Below, one piece after another: positions 50,010 through 63,700 of a stretch of DNA of 64,000 nucleotides. Within the stretch, counting starts at the first letter, position 1, and the number at the start of each line of letters is the position of its first letter. Where the stretch lies: the NCBI RefSeq assembly GCF_963921235.1, contig NC_086108.1, positions 7,626,001 to 7,690,000 of the forward strand, given 5' to 3'. This DNA is from Mobula hypostoma. Taxonomy: Eukaryota. A program made the position numbers and the translations under genes. The notes below the pieces were generated by a model. The model made no database searches. It worked only from the letters and a program-made list of their open reading frames with translations, and had not been told where the DNA came from.

Positions 50010-50830
50010 CCATCCATAAATTTGCTGATGACACAAACATTGTTGGTAGAATTTCAGATGGTAACGAGAGGGGATACAAGAGTGAGATAGATCAGTTAGA
50101 TGAGTGATGTCGCAGCAACAACCTTGCCCTCAATGTCAGTAAGCCCAAAGAACTGATTGTGGACTTCAGAAAAGGTAGGGCGAGGGAACACACACCAGTC
50201 CTCATCAAGGAATCATAAATGGAACAAGTAAACAATTTCAAGTTCCCGGGTGTCAGTATCTCTGAGGATCTAACCTGGTCCCAACATATTAATGCAGCTA
50301 CAAAGAAGGCACAGCAGCGGCTATATTTCATTAGGAGTTTGAGAAAATTTGGTATGTTGCCAAAAACACTCAAAAATTTCTACAGGTGTATGCTGGAGAG
50401 CATTTTAACTGGGTGCATCACCGTCTGATATGGGGGGGGGGGCTACTGCACAGGATCGAAGTAAGCTTCAGGGAGTTGTGAACTTTATCAGCTCCATCAT
50501 GGGCACTAGCCTCTGTAGCATTCAGGTCATCTTCAAGAAGTGATACCTCAAAAAGGTGGCATCCATCATTAAGGACCCCCATCACCCAGGTCATGCCCTC
50601 TTCTCATTGCTACCGTCAGGGAGGAGGTACAGGAGGCCGAATGCACACACTGAACGATTCAAGAACAGCTGCTTCCTGTCTGCCATCAGATTTCTGAATG
50701 GAGATTGAACCCAGGAACACTACCTGACTATTTTTGCAATTGTTATTCAATATTTCTCATCATACTTATAGTATATTTTATGTATTACACTGTACTGCTG
50801 CCATGAAAATAACAAATTTCACGACAAATA
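50010..50830 (+). mobile_element. Rex1/Babar-like LINE 3' fragment
   Basis: KFADDT, FKFPGVSISEDLTWSQH, KKAQQRLYFIRSLRKFG. Confidence 0.88.
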
Positions 50831-51009
50831 TCCGCGAACCTGATCTAGTAATCTCAAAATCCGAAATCATCAGTCTTTCTAAGTATCCACTCTAACAGCA
50901 TTGTACATGAGCGTAAAAATGCCAACTGTATTAGTCACAGTCCTACAAACTGGATAGCTCGGTTGACCGCACAAACAAAAGATCTCCTCTTTAAAATCAC
51001 ACTCCATGA

Positions 51010-51855
51010 GCTTCCACACCCAACACATACCTTCGGCAACTTCCAGCATCTCCAAAGGGATCCTACCACCAAACATATCTTTACCTCTACCCCCACCCCC
51101 CACTTTCTGCAGCGATCCGTGATTCCCTGGTCCATTTGTTCCTTTCCACTAATCTCCCTCCCAGCACTTACCCTGCAAACGGCCAAAGTGCTACACCTGG
51201 CCATTCACATCCTCTTTCTCCTCCACTGAGGCCCCCAAACAGTCCTTCCAGGTGAGGCAATATTTTACCTGTGAATCTGCTGGGATCGTAAATAGTGTCT
51301 GGTGCTCCCGATATGGCCTCCCTTACACTGGTGAGACCTGTCGGGCACCTCCGCTCCATCCGCCAAAAGAGGGACTTCCCGGTGGCCAAACATTTTAATT
51401 CCCATTCTCATTCCTGTTCCCACATGTCGGTCCATGGCCGCCTCTTCTGCCAAGATGAGGCCGCCCTCAGGGTGGAGGAGAAACACTTTGCATTCCATCT
51501 GGGTAGCCTTCAACCTGATGGTATGAATATCGATTTCTCCTTCCAGTAAACAAAGCCACCCTCCCCTTTTCTTCTATTCCTCACTCTTGCCACATACCTC
51601 TCCTCACCTACCCTTGGGTCCCCTCCTCCTTCTCTTTCTCCTGTGGTCCATTCAGATCCTATCAGATCCTTCCTCACTAGCCCTTTACCTTTCTAGCTAT
51701 CCTCCTCCCGCCGTCAACTTTTTATTCTGACATGTTCCCTCTTCCTTTCCCGTCCTGAAAAAAGGGTCTTGACCCAAAATATTGACTATTTATTCATTTC
51801 CATAGATGCTGCTGATTTGCTGAGTTCCTTCAGCATTTTGTGTGTGTTGCTTTGG
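51010..51855 (+). mobile_element. Penelope (Neptune-type) GIY-YIG plus terminal repeat fragment
   Basis: Collinear with 60590-61500; decayed hammerhead at 51751-51789. Confidence 0.85.
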
Positions 51856-53864
51856 GTTTCATTGACCAGGGCATCATTAATGGGGACGAAGCCAAGGTCA
51901 CAGCAGGCAGTAGAGGCATTCTTCATGCAGAGAATAGCCATGGAAAATGCCACTGATTTAGGACAGACAGCACTGATCAGTCATGGGAAGGTCATTTCTA
52001 ATTAACTTAATTCTATGAGTGCGAGAGGTTGAGGCGGGGGGGGGGGTAGTTGGTAGTAACAAACAGGGAAGTAGACACGTGATATTCTCCAGATACTGGA
52101 AATGCAGAGCAACATGCACAAAATGCTGGAGGAGCTCAGCAGGTTAGGCAGTATCTATGGAAGGGAATAAAGAGTTGTCTTGATGAGGTATACATAGAGT
52201 TTACAAGTCTTTTGACAAAATCCCAAAAGGCAGGCTCTCAAAGATGTAAAAGCCCATGGGGTCTAATCAAATTGGATCCATAATCGGCTCATGGGAGTAA
52301 GCAAAGGATAATGTTAAATGGGTGTTTTTATAAGAGGAGGATTGTCTCACTGGGAATCCACAGGGCTCACCTCTCAATCCTTTGCTTTCTTTGGTGGTGG
52401 GATGGAGACACAGCCCTACTGAATAATGTGTATGAGCAGCCGGTGCATATCACAAATCCTGGTTATGTGACCACTGATGCAACGCAGACAATCTCTGAAG
52501 AGTATTGATAATGGCTGGGGTCACCCGTCTTGTAAAGACACTGCCCAGAAAAAGGCAATACTAAACCACTTCTGTGGAGAAATCTGCCAAGATTTGAACG
52601 CCTTTGCCAAGACGTGATTGCCCATGTGATACAACACAGCACAATCCTTGTGCAGGATTCCGTAAAGGTTAATTTGCAGTCTGAACCGGTGGTGAGAAAG
52701 GCAAATGCAATGTTAGCATTCATTTCAAGAGGACTAGAATATAAAAGCAAGAATATAACACTGGGCATAAAGCACTGAAGAGTACTCACTTGGAGTACTG
52801 TGGGCAGTTTTGGGCTGCTTATCTAAGAAAGGATGTGGTGACATTAGAGAGGGTTCAAAGGAGGCTCATGAAAATGATTCTGGGATAGAAAGGCTTGTCA
52901 CCTGAAGAGCATTTAACTCACTGGAATTCTGAAGAATGAGAGGTGACCTCATTGAAACCTACTGAATCTTGAAAGGCCTCAACAGAGTGGACGAGGAGAG
53001 AATTTTTCCTACGGTGGGGACATAACCTCAGAATAAAGGGTTACAACGGAGATGAGGAGGAATTTCTTTAACCAGAGGGTGGTTAATCTATGGAATTTGT
53101 TGCCACAGGCGGCTGTGGAGGCCAAATGTTTACGTATACTTAAGGCAGAGGTTGATAGATTCTTGATTAGTTAGGGCAGAGGATTGGAACTGAGAGGGAA
53201 AATGGATCAACTATGATGAGATGGCAGAGCAGATTCTACGGGCCAAATGGCCTAATTCCTACTTCTTATGGTCTTATTATGACCTGCACTGTGCTGTAGT
53301 GTTCTATGTTTGGTACATGGCAAGTAGTTTGATATATAAAAAAATGACTACAGCACCAAATTCACAACAGGGTGGTCTTACAGGGTTTGCCATTTAGCTT
53401 GTTATGATGGACTTGCCGCTCATTGCTGTAGAAAGATTAAAATAATCCTGAAAGATCAATGAACATTTGTTGTAGACTTGCACAGGAACTCCAGTGAAAC
53501 TTCATGCAGCTCACAGGATTTTTCACCCAATGCTAACTGTTTAAAGTGCTTCCTGGTGAACAGGCAGCAGGGTAGCCTCGCAGTTAGCGCAGTCGTTTTA
53601 CAGCACCAGCGATCACCGATCAGTGTTTGAATCCCACTGCAGTCTGTATGTTCTCCCTGTGACTGCAGGGTTTCTTCCAAGTGCTCCGATTTACTCCCAC
53701 ATTCCAACGGTTAGGGTTAGGGTTAGTGAGTTGTGGAGATGTATATTGGCACCGGCAGCTTGGCAACACTTGCAGCTCCCTCAAACACAACCCTTAGACG
53801 GTGCAAAATGACACATTTCACAGACATCATCATCATTATGTCGTATGACATAGCTGATTATAGT

Positions 53865-55310
53865 CTTAGAAAACCTACAGCACGATACAGGCCCTTTGGC
53901 CTACAAAGCTGCGCCAAACATGTCCTACCTTAGAAATTAACTAGGGTTACCCATAGCCCTCTATTTTTCTGAGCCCGTGTACCTATCCAGGAGTCTCTTA
54001 AAAGACCCTATCGTATCCCACTCCATCACCGTTGCTGGCAGCCCATTCCACACACTCACCACTCTCTGCATAAAAAACTTACCCCTGACATCTCCTCTGT
54101 ACCTGCTTCCAAGCACCTTAAAACTGTGCCCTCTCGTGCTAGCCATTTCAGCCCTGGGAACAAGCCTCTGACTATCCACACGATCAATGCATCTCATCAT
54201 CTTATACACCTCTAGCAGTTCACCTCTCATCCTCCGTTGCTCCAAGGAAAACAGGCTAACTTCACTCAATCTTTTCTCATAAGGCATGCTCCCCAATCCA
54301 AGCAACATCCTTGTAAATCTCCTCTGCACCCTTTCTATGGTTTCCACATCCTTCCTGTAGTGAGACGACCAGAACTGAGCACAGTACTCCAAGTTGGGTC
54401 TGACCAGGGTCCTATATAGCTGCAACATTACCTCTCGGCTCTTAAACTCAATCCCACGATTGACGAAGGCCAATGCACCGTATGCCTTCTTAACCACAGA
54501 GTTAACCTGCGTAGCAGCTTTGAGTGTCCTATGGACTCGGACCCCAAGATCCCTCTGATCCTCCACACTGCCAAGAGTCTTACCATTAACACTATATTCT
54601 GCCATCATATTTGACCTACCAAAATGAACCAGCTCACACTTATCTGGGTTCAGAATCAGAATCAGGTTTATTATCACCAGCATGAGACATGAAATTTGTT
54701 AACTTAGCAGAAGCAGTTCAATGCAATACATAATCTAGTAGAGAGAGAAAAAATAATAAATAAAACAAAACATAATAATAAATAAACAAGCAAATCAATT
54801 ACGTATATTGAATAGATTTAAAAGAATGTGCAAAAACAGAAATACTGTATTTTAAAAAAAGCGAGATAGTGTCAAAAGCTTCAATGTCTATTTAGGAATC
54901 AGATGGCAGAGGGGAAGAAGCTGTTCCTGAATCACTGACTGTGTGCCTTCAGGCTTCTCTATCTCCTACCTGATGGTAACAGTGAGAAAAGGACATGCCC
55001 TGGGTGCTGGAGGTCCTTAATAATGGACACGGCCTTTCTGAGACACTGCTCCCTGAAGATGTCCTGGGTACTTTGTAGGCTAGTGCCCAAGATGGAGTTT
55101 ACTAGATTTAGTTTACTAGCTTCTTTCGGTCCTGTGCAGAAGCCCCTCCATACCAGACAGTGACGCAACCTGTCAGAATGCTCTCCACGGTACAACTATA
55201 GAACTTTTTGAGTGTATCTGCCACTGCCACTTCTCAGCCCAGTCTTGCATCCTATCAATGTCCCGCTGTAACCTCTGACAGCCCTCCACACTATCCACAA
55301 CACCCCCAAC
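53865..55310 (-). mobile_element. CR1 3' fragment (same subfamily as 22215-23130), interrupted by a Rex1-like insert at ~54651-55215
   Basis: NPDKCELVHFGRSN...LVRPNLEYCAQFWS; the CR1 resumes near 55216 (VDSVEGCQRLQRDIDRMQDWAEKWQ). Confidence 0.9.
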
Positions 55311-55595
55311 ATGGCAAATTTTTCTACAGAAGTGGGTTTGCCATTGCCTTCTTCTGAACAGTGTCTTTACAAGTCGGGTGACCTCAGTCATTATCAACTT
55401 TGTCTGCCTTGCGTCAGTGGTTGCGTAACCAGGACTTGTGATCTGCACCGGCTGCTCATACGACCATCCACCCCCTGCTCCCATGGCTTCACATGACCCT
55501 GCTCGGGGTGGGGGGGGGGGCACTAAGCAGGTGCTACACCTTGTGACCTGCAGGCTAATGGAGGGAAGGAGCACCTTACACCTCCTTTGGTAGAG
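55310..55595 (-). mobile_element. RTE/BovB-related non-autonomous element; further copies at 16270-16480(+) and 52395-52640(+)
   Basis: Three collinear copies; the minus strand carries AGAAGAAGGCAATGGCAAACCCACTTCTG. Confidence 0.6.
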
Positions 55596-58500
55596 CTACC
55601 CATTTCATATTATGTTTCAATATTTTGATATATACGTGACACCTAAAGGTAATTTATTTTTAGATGCTTGACAAATTTTTGGAATCCTTACTGCTTGAAA
55701 GATTGATGCACCCTTTGTTCAAAAATCTACTGATGTCTGCATTCAGCCGGTGGTAATTAAAGAGGAGTTGGGCTGGGAGGTGGGAGGTGGGGGCTGGGCG
55801 TTAGGACTGCAGGGGAATTCCACGGCATGCTCCAAATATCCTGACAGAAGACAACAGATCCCTTGGATCCCATTAACTTCGCACATTGCACAAAAGGATG
55901 GGATTTTCCCCAAATCCATTATAAATGACTGCTACAAAGCACCATTTGTCTATACCACCGGCAACACTGGTAATTAAAAGACAATGGTCCTCAATAACGA
56001 CCTGTTTTGAGAGACATCATTTTCCTTCATTTGAAATTTTTACCCTGCATCACTTCCTAAGAGTGGCAGGAAGTTTTGAGTATTTATTTTATTGCTTTTT
56101 TTTTACTTATTGAGATACAGCACAGAATAGGCCCTTGTGGCCCTTTCAGCCTCACCGCCCAGCAAACCCCACATTTAATCCAAGCCTAATCACGGGACAA
56201 TTACAATGATCAATTAACTGACCAACCAGTATGTCTTTGGACTGTGGGAGGAAACCCATACAGTCACCGGGAGAACATACAAATGTAGTAACGGGAATTG
56301 AACCTGGGTCGTCTATGCTGTAAAGAATTGTGCTAACCACTCAAATTTTGCAAATTAATTTATTTTTGTTGTGGTTTGCTATTACAGCCACAAAGTGGGT
56401 TTGTGGCTTCAGGAATGTGTCAAATGCCCCAGTTCAAAAACTCCCATTGAATAATGTTTCCCCATAGCTCAATATTATCAGGAATTTTACATTTTACTTG
56501 GTCCACCTGGGGCCACTGGAAAAGCAGTTACCACTGCGTTCACATTTACTTACAAAACAGGACATATGGAATTAAAATATGTTCAACATCTTGGCACATA
56601 TACTCCATTTGATGTTTCCTATGGTGTGGGAGTCTCAGACCAGAAGACACAGCCTCAGTACAGAAGGGTGTCCTTTTAGAATGCAGATGAGGAGAATTTC
56701 TTTAGACAGAGAGTGGTAAATCTGTGAAATTTGTTGCCACAGACAGCTGTAGAGGCCAAGTCATTGGGTATACTTAAGGCAGAGGTTAACAGACTCTTGA
56801 TTAGTCACGGCATGAATGGTTACAGGGAAAAGGCAGGAGATTGGGGATGAGTGGAAAAATTTTGAAATAGCAAAGGAGACATGATAGGCCAAATGGCCCT
56901 AATTCTGCTCCTGTATCTTATGGTCTTGAACCTCCTCTTCACTTTTTACATTTGCAACTTTCTGTTTAACTCTTTATGCCCTTCTTCCTCAAGGTCTCAG
57001 TCATAAAAATAGGTCCTGCAACCCAAGACATTCCGCTTCCCTGCTTTTCAACCTCCTCTGAAACGTACCAATAGTTTTTGCTTCCATCACTCTCTGTGGA
57101 AGCAAGTTCCACATTCTCACTACCTTTGCATAAATAGTTTTGCCAGAGTCCACGACAGGGAGGTCTCTCTTTCCCTCGGGCTTACTGCTGCTGGAGGGAA
57201 GTGTCTGTGATGGTCTCCCTCCCTCTCACTCGCTGCTCCTGGAGCATGACCCCTGCACTCAAATGGTCTCGCTCTCTCTCCCTCAATGCTGTCGGAGGAT
57301 GATGCCAGAATCCTGGGTCTTAGGCAAGGTTTAATCAATGCGATTTGTGGATTGGGCTCTGGAGTTCATGTTCTGATGTTTCTGGTTTCTGGTAGTTCCT
57401 TTTTTTTGTTGATAGTTTGTGTGATTTTGATTGTGGCGGCCTGCAGATAATGAGTGGCACAGTGCTAGATTGAACTGAACTGAGGTGAACTGAATATGCC
57501 TGGACTCTTCCAATGACTCAGTAGGTTGCTGTTTTATATTCTATGTTTCTTGTTTTTTTTTGCCATTTGTGTAATTTGGTTTTTTAACATGGGTGGGGGG
57601 AAGGTTGATGGTTTTCTTTGAATGGGTTCCATGATGTTTCTTTTGTTTTGTGGCTGTCTGTGGAAAAGACCAATCTCAGGGTTGTATACCGCATACATAT
57701 CTTGATAATAAGTAAATGTAAATGTACTTTGAAGGATTTCTTGCTGAATATCCTGATCATGTTCTGACCCATGTGTAAACTTTTTCTTCACATCAGTCCC
57801 ATGCAAACATTCACCTATTGGGTTACTTTTCAGCTCTCCTTTCTCACGCAACAGCATAGTACAGAAACTTCAGCCCTTTGTCTGCCATCCTGTTAACTTA
57901 CTCTAAGATCAATCGAACCCTTCCCTCCCACATCACCCAGGAGCTTATTAAATGTCCCTAATGTATCTGCCTCTAGCACCATCTCTGGTAGTGCATTCAA
58001 CGCACCCACCACTCTGTCTGAAGAAACTTACCACTGATATTCCCCCCTATACTTTCTTCCGAACTCCTTGAAGTTATTCTCCCTTGCATGAGCTATTTTC
58101 ACCCTGGGAAAAAGTCACACTGTCATAGAAAAGTACAGCACAAAAAAAGGCCCTTGGGTCCATTAGCTCATGTTAAACAATTTAAACTGCCTGCTCCCAA
58201 CGACCTGCACTGAGACCATCGCCTGACCATCCATGTACCTATCCAAACGTCTCTTAAACCTTGAAATTGGCCTTGCATGCACCACTTGCGCTGGCAGCTT
58301 GTTCCACACTCTCACCTCCCTCTGACTGAAGAAGTTATCCCTCATGTCCCTTTTAAGGGTGTCATCTTTCACCCTTAACCCATGACCTCTGCTGTAGTCC
58401 CACCCAACCACAGTGGAAAAAGCCTGTTTGCATTTATCTTGACCAAATCTTCCCTGAATCTTCTACATTCCAAGAAATAAAGTTCTAACCTATTCCAGCT

Positions 58501-59409
58501 TTCTTTATAGCTCAGGTCCTCCAGTCCCCGCAACATTCTTGATACTTCACACTGTATCCCAATAATAAATCTTATACACTGCTATCGAGTAACTTCTCAC
58601 CCTTCTTCGCTCTAAAGAGAAAGGCCCTAGCTCACTCAACTATTCCTGATCAACCCAGCCCATTCCATACAGCCAGAAAGACAGTCACATTAGCACGTTC
58701 TGAGCATCTACTGTATATCTAGATCAGGAACTCCTAGGAGTCGGAAACATCGACCAGCCCTCCAACCAAATAAGCAGAACATGATCATACTTTATCTCTG
58801 CCGCTCCTGATCTCAATCATGCCAGTCACATAAATCTAATCACCATCCATTGAGAGATTACAGTAAATACTTGGTAAACAGGCCGCGATGTTTTCAACCC
58901 TTTATGGGTCACATTCAGAAAAACACTGCATAATAATTGATTTGTAAAAGTCCAGCCTCTGCAGACAAGAATTGCAAAGCAAAGCTGCCATCTGTTGGTC
59001 TGATTCAATCAAACCCTCAGTCCTCGTGTTACCTGATGTACCGATAGTATAACTAAACCAAGAGTAGAACATAAAACAGAACAGGCCCTGTGCCCCACAA
59101 TGCTGTGCCGACCTTTTAAACTACTCCAAGATCAATCTAGCTCTTCCCTCCCATATAGCTCTACATTTTTCAATCATCCACATGCCTATCTAAGAGTCTA
59201 TTATATGTCCCTAATTTATCTGCTTCTACCATCATCCCCATCAGCACGTTCTACACAGCCAACACTTTGTTGAACAAAAATCTACCTCTGATGTCCTTCC
59301 ATATACTTTCCTTCAATCACCTTAAAATTATGCCTCTCATATCAGCCATTTCAACTTGTCTCTCATTGTCCACTCTATCTATGCCTTATTCATCTTGTAC
59401 GCCTCATAC

Positions 59410-61525
59410 GTCTCTTGGGTCTTCTCTAAGGCCAAACGACAGCTCTCTGACACCACCTCTTACTTACCCCTGGAACAGGACCCCACCAAAGAACATGAAA
59501 CTATTGTCTCCCGCACCATCACCGCCCTTATCAACTCCGGAGACCTTCCATCCTCAGCCACTAAGCTCATAATTCCCACAGCCCATACTGCCCGGTTTTA
59601 CCTCCTCCCCAAGATCCACAAGCCTGACTGTCCCAGTAGACCCGTAGTTTCTGCCTGCTCCTGTTCCACCGAACTTGTATCTGCCTACCTGGACTCCATT
59701 TTGTCACCCCTAGTTCAGTCCCTCCCCACCTACATCCGAGATACATCCCATGCCCTCCACCTCTTCAATAACTTCCAGTTCCCCGGTCCCAACCACTTCA
59801 TTTTCACTATGTATGTCCAATCCCTATACACCTCCATTCCCTATCAAGAAGGCCTCAAAGCCCTCTGCTAGTTCTGGATAATAGACCTCACCAGTTCCCC
59901 ACCACCACTGCCCTCCTCTGGTTGGAGGAACTGGTTCTCACACTCAATAACTTCTCTTTTGGCTCTTCCCACTTTCTTCAGACTAAGGGTGTATAGCTAT
60001 GGGAACTTGCATGGTCCCTAGCTATGCCTGCCTCTTCGTTGGTTATGTGGAACAGTCTGTGCTCCAAACCTATTCCGGTACTGCTCCCCAACTTTTCCTT
60101 TGGTACATTGACGACTACATTGGTGCTGTTTCCTGCACCCATGCTGAGCTCGTCAATTTCATCCACTTTACTTCAAACTTCCACCCAGCCCTCAAATTCA
60201 CTTGGTCTATCTCGGACACTTCTCTCCCCTTTCTCGATCTCTCGGTCTCCATCTCTGGAGATAGACTGTCCACTGACATCTTCTACAAGCCCACTGACTC
60301 TAATAACTACCTCGACTATACCTCTTCCCACCCTGCCACATGCAAAAATGCCATTTTCTATTCCCAGTTCCTCCGTCTCACCGCATCTGCTCCGAGGATG
60401 AGGTTTTCCGTTCCAGGACATCTCAAATGTCCTCTTTCTTTAAGGATTGTGGTTTTCCTTCTACCGTCATCAATGATGCCCTCACCCACATCTCCTCCAT
60501 TTCCTGCACTTCGGCCCTCACCCCATCCTCCCGCAAACACAACAGGGACAGAGTTCCCCTTGTCCTCACCTACCACCCCACCAGCCTCCAGATCCAGCAC
60601 ATTATCCTCCGCAACTTCCACCACCTTCAACAGGACCCCACCACTAAGCACATCTTTCCCTCTCCACCCCTCTCCGCTTTCCGCAGGGATCGGTCCCTCC
60701 CCACGGATCTCCCAACTGGCACTTATCCCTGTAAGCGCAAGTGCTACACTTGTCCCTACACCTCATCTCTTGCAACCATTCAGGGCCCCAAACAGTCCTT
60801 CCAGGTGAGGCAACACTTCACTTGTGAGTCTATTGGGGTCATCTATTACATCCGGTGCTCCCGGTGCGGCCTCCTTTACATCGGTGAAACCTGACGCAGA
60901 TTGGGGGACCGCTTCGTCGAGCACCTCCGCTCCGTCCGCCACAACAGACAGGATCTCCCAGCAGCCACCCACTTCAACTCTGCTTCCTAGTCCCATTCAG
61001 ATATGTCCATACATGACCTCCTCTACTGCCATGATGAAGCTAAACTCAGGTTGGAGGAGCATCACCTCATATACCATCTAGGTGGTCTCCAGCCTCTTGG
61101 TATGAACATAGGATTCTCCAACTTCCGGTAATTCCCTCCCCCTCCCTTCCTCTATCCCTATGTCACTCTGCCGCCTCCCCCAGCTGCCTATCACCTCCCT
61201 CATGGTTCCGCCTCCTTCTACTACCCATTGTGTTTTCCCCTATTCCTTCTTCACCTTTCCTGCCTGTCACCTCCCTGCTTCCCCCCCCCCACCCCTTTAT
61301 CTGTCCCCTTACTGGTTTTTCACCTGGAATCTACCAGCCTTCTCCTTCCCACCTTCCCCTCACCTTCTTTACAGGGCCCCTGCTCCCTCCCTCTACAGTC
61401 CTGACGAAGGGTTCCGGCCCGAAACGTCGACCAATCTTTTCCACGGATGCTGCCCGACCTGCTGAGTTCCTCCAGCGTGTTGTGAGTGTTGCTTTGACCC
61501 CAGCATCTGTAGATTATTTTGTGTT
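59410..61525 (+). mobile_element. Penelope-like retroelement (Neptune-type), 5'-truncated and degenerate: RT + GIY-YIG + terminal repeat
   Basis: FYLLPKIHKP..PSRPVVS, SLYTSIP, MGTCMVPSYACLFVG, YIDD, LPFLDL, Cys linker CKRKCYTC, and GIY-YIG VIYYIRCSRCGLLYIGET. Confidence 0.93.
61396..61431 (+). ncRNA. Minimal type I hammerhead ribozyme motif in the Penelope terminal repeat
   Basis: caguc-CUGACGA-a-GGGU-uccg-GCCC-GAAAC-GUC-gac: complete core, 4-bp stem II, 3-bp stem I, ACGU palindrome. Confidence 0.78.
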
Positions 61526-61544
61526 TAGGAACTCAAGAAATGCA

Positions 61545-63130
61545 GCTACCATCTGCGCAAAGTAATCAAGGCAGCAAAACGACAACACAGGGACAAGATC
61601 CAGACACAGCTCTCCAACACGCAGCTTATGGCAGGGTCTGCACACCATCACAGACTTCAAGCTAAGTGCAGTGGTGTTTCCAACATTGATGCCTCTCTCT
61701 CCCAGATGAGCTAAATCTTTTTAACGCTCAGTTCGATATTGTAAACTCTGAGCCCCCAAGGAGTGCCACCTGCACCTTGGTCATCTCTGAGGCTGAAGTG
61801 CGCAGGTGTTTCCAATGAGTGGACAGTCACAAGGCTGTGGGACAGCTCGGCATCCCAGGGAGGGTACTCAGGATGTGCGTGGCACGACTGGCAGGTGTGT
61901 TTATGACATTTTTCATCTCTGCCTCTCCCAGTGTAGAGTGCCCTCCTGCTTCAAAACATCCACCATTGTCCCTGTACCCAAAAAGACCAAGATAATACGT
62001 CTGAACGACTGGTATACTGTTATGCTCACCTCAAAAACAAGCAACTGCTTTGAGAGGCTGGTCAAGGACTACATCTGCAGCATGCTGCCATCCACATTGG
62101 ACCCCTACAATTCACCTACCGACACAACCGATCGACAGATGACGCAATAGCCACAACTCTACACAGCGTTCTTACACATCTGGAGAAGAAGGATGCTTAT
62201 GTGAGAATGCTGTCCTTGGACTACAGTTCAGCATTCAACACCATAATTCCCTCCAAACACGACAGGAAGTTCAGAGACCTCGTGCTTCACCCGGCCTTGT
62301 GCAGCTGGATCCTGAACTTTCTGTCAGATCACTGGCAGGTGGTAAGAGTGGACTCCCTCACCTCTGCCTCTCTGACCCTCAACACAGGTGTCCCTCAGGG
62401 CTGTGTCCTAAGCCCCTCTCCTTTACTGATGATACTGCATTGATTGGCCTAATCTCAAATAACGACGCAGCCTACAGAGAAGTCATCACCCTGACACAGT
62501 GGTGTCAAGAAAACAAACTCTCCCTCAATGTCACAGAAACAAAGAGGCTGGTTGTGGACTACAGGAGGAATGGAGACAGGCTAACCTCTATTGACATCAA
62601 TGGCTCTGGGGCTGAGAGGGTGAACAGCTTTAAGTTCCTCGGCATAAACATCACTGAGGATCTCACGTGGTCTGTACATACCAGCTGTGTGGTGAAAAAG
62701 GCACAACAGCGCCTCTTTCACCTGACTGGCTGCATCACTCCCTGGTATGGGAACAGTTCTTCCCTCTATTGTAGGACTCTGCAGAGAGTAGTGCGGACAG
62801 CCCAGTGCATCTGTAGATTTGAACTTCCCACTACAAGACATTTACAAAGACAAGTGTGTGAAAAAGGCCCAAGGATCATTGGGTCTCGAGTCACCCCAGT
62901 CACAAACTGTTCCAGCTGCTACCGTCCGGGAAACAGTACTGCAGCATAAAAGCCAGGATCAACAGGCTCCAGGACAGCTTCTTCCACCAGGCCGTCAGAC
63001 TGATTAATTCACGCTGATACAATTGTATTTCTATGTAATATTGACTGTCCTGTTGTACATACTATTTATTACAAATTATTATAAATTGCACATTGCACAT
63101 TTAGGCAGAGATTTAACGTAAAGATTTATG
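61545..63130 (+). mobile_element. Rex1/Babar-like LINE (degenerate RT and 3' end)
   Basis: [62 protein letters not shown]. Confidence 0.92.
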
Positions 63131-63700
63131 AAGGATGCAAGTAATGCAGTCAAGTCAATTGAATTCAATTCATTTGTTTTTGTGTTTCTTAGTTTCGTGG
63201 CTGCCTGTTAGGAGACAAATCTCAAGGATGTGTAATGTATACATACTTTGATAATAAATGTACTTTGAACTTTGATTCACCACTCTCTGGCTAAAGGAAT
63301 TCCTCCCCATCTCTGTTCTATAAGGACGCCACTCTATTCTGAGGCCATGTCTTCTCGTCTTAGACTCTCCCACCACAGGAAACATCTCCACATCCACTCT
63401 GTCAAGGCCTTTCATCATTCGATAGTTACAATGAGGTCATGCCTCATTTTTCTGAATTCTAGTGAATACAGGACCAGAACCATCAAATGCTCTTCATATG
63501 ACAGGCCAGTCAATTGTGGAATCATTTCCTTTGAACTCTACATTATTTTGAAGAAATGGGGCCCAAACCTGTTCACAATACTCTGTGAGGCCTCACCAGT
63601 GCTTAGACCATAAGAAATAGGAGCAGAATTAGGCCATTCAGCCCATCAAGTCTGTTTCGCCATTCCATCATGGCCGACCCCGGATCCTACTCAACCACAT

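Noticed and set aside
57745..57850. Minus-strand peptide EKGELKSNPIGECLHGTDVKKKFTHGSE, faintly like the preceding SAE1 exon (EKTKVAKVSQGVEDGPDTKRAKLDSSE)
   Set aside because: No convincing acceptor or GT donor, no TTMVKK end, and the similarity is at chance level.
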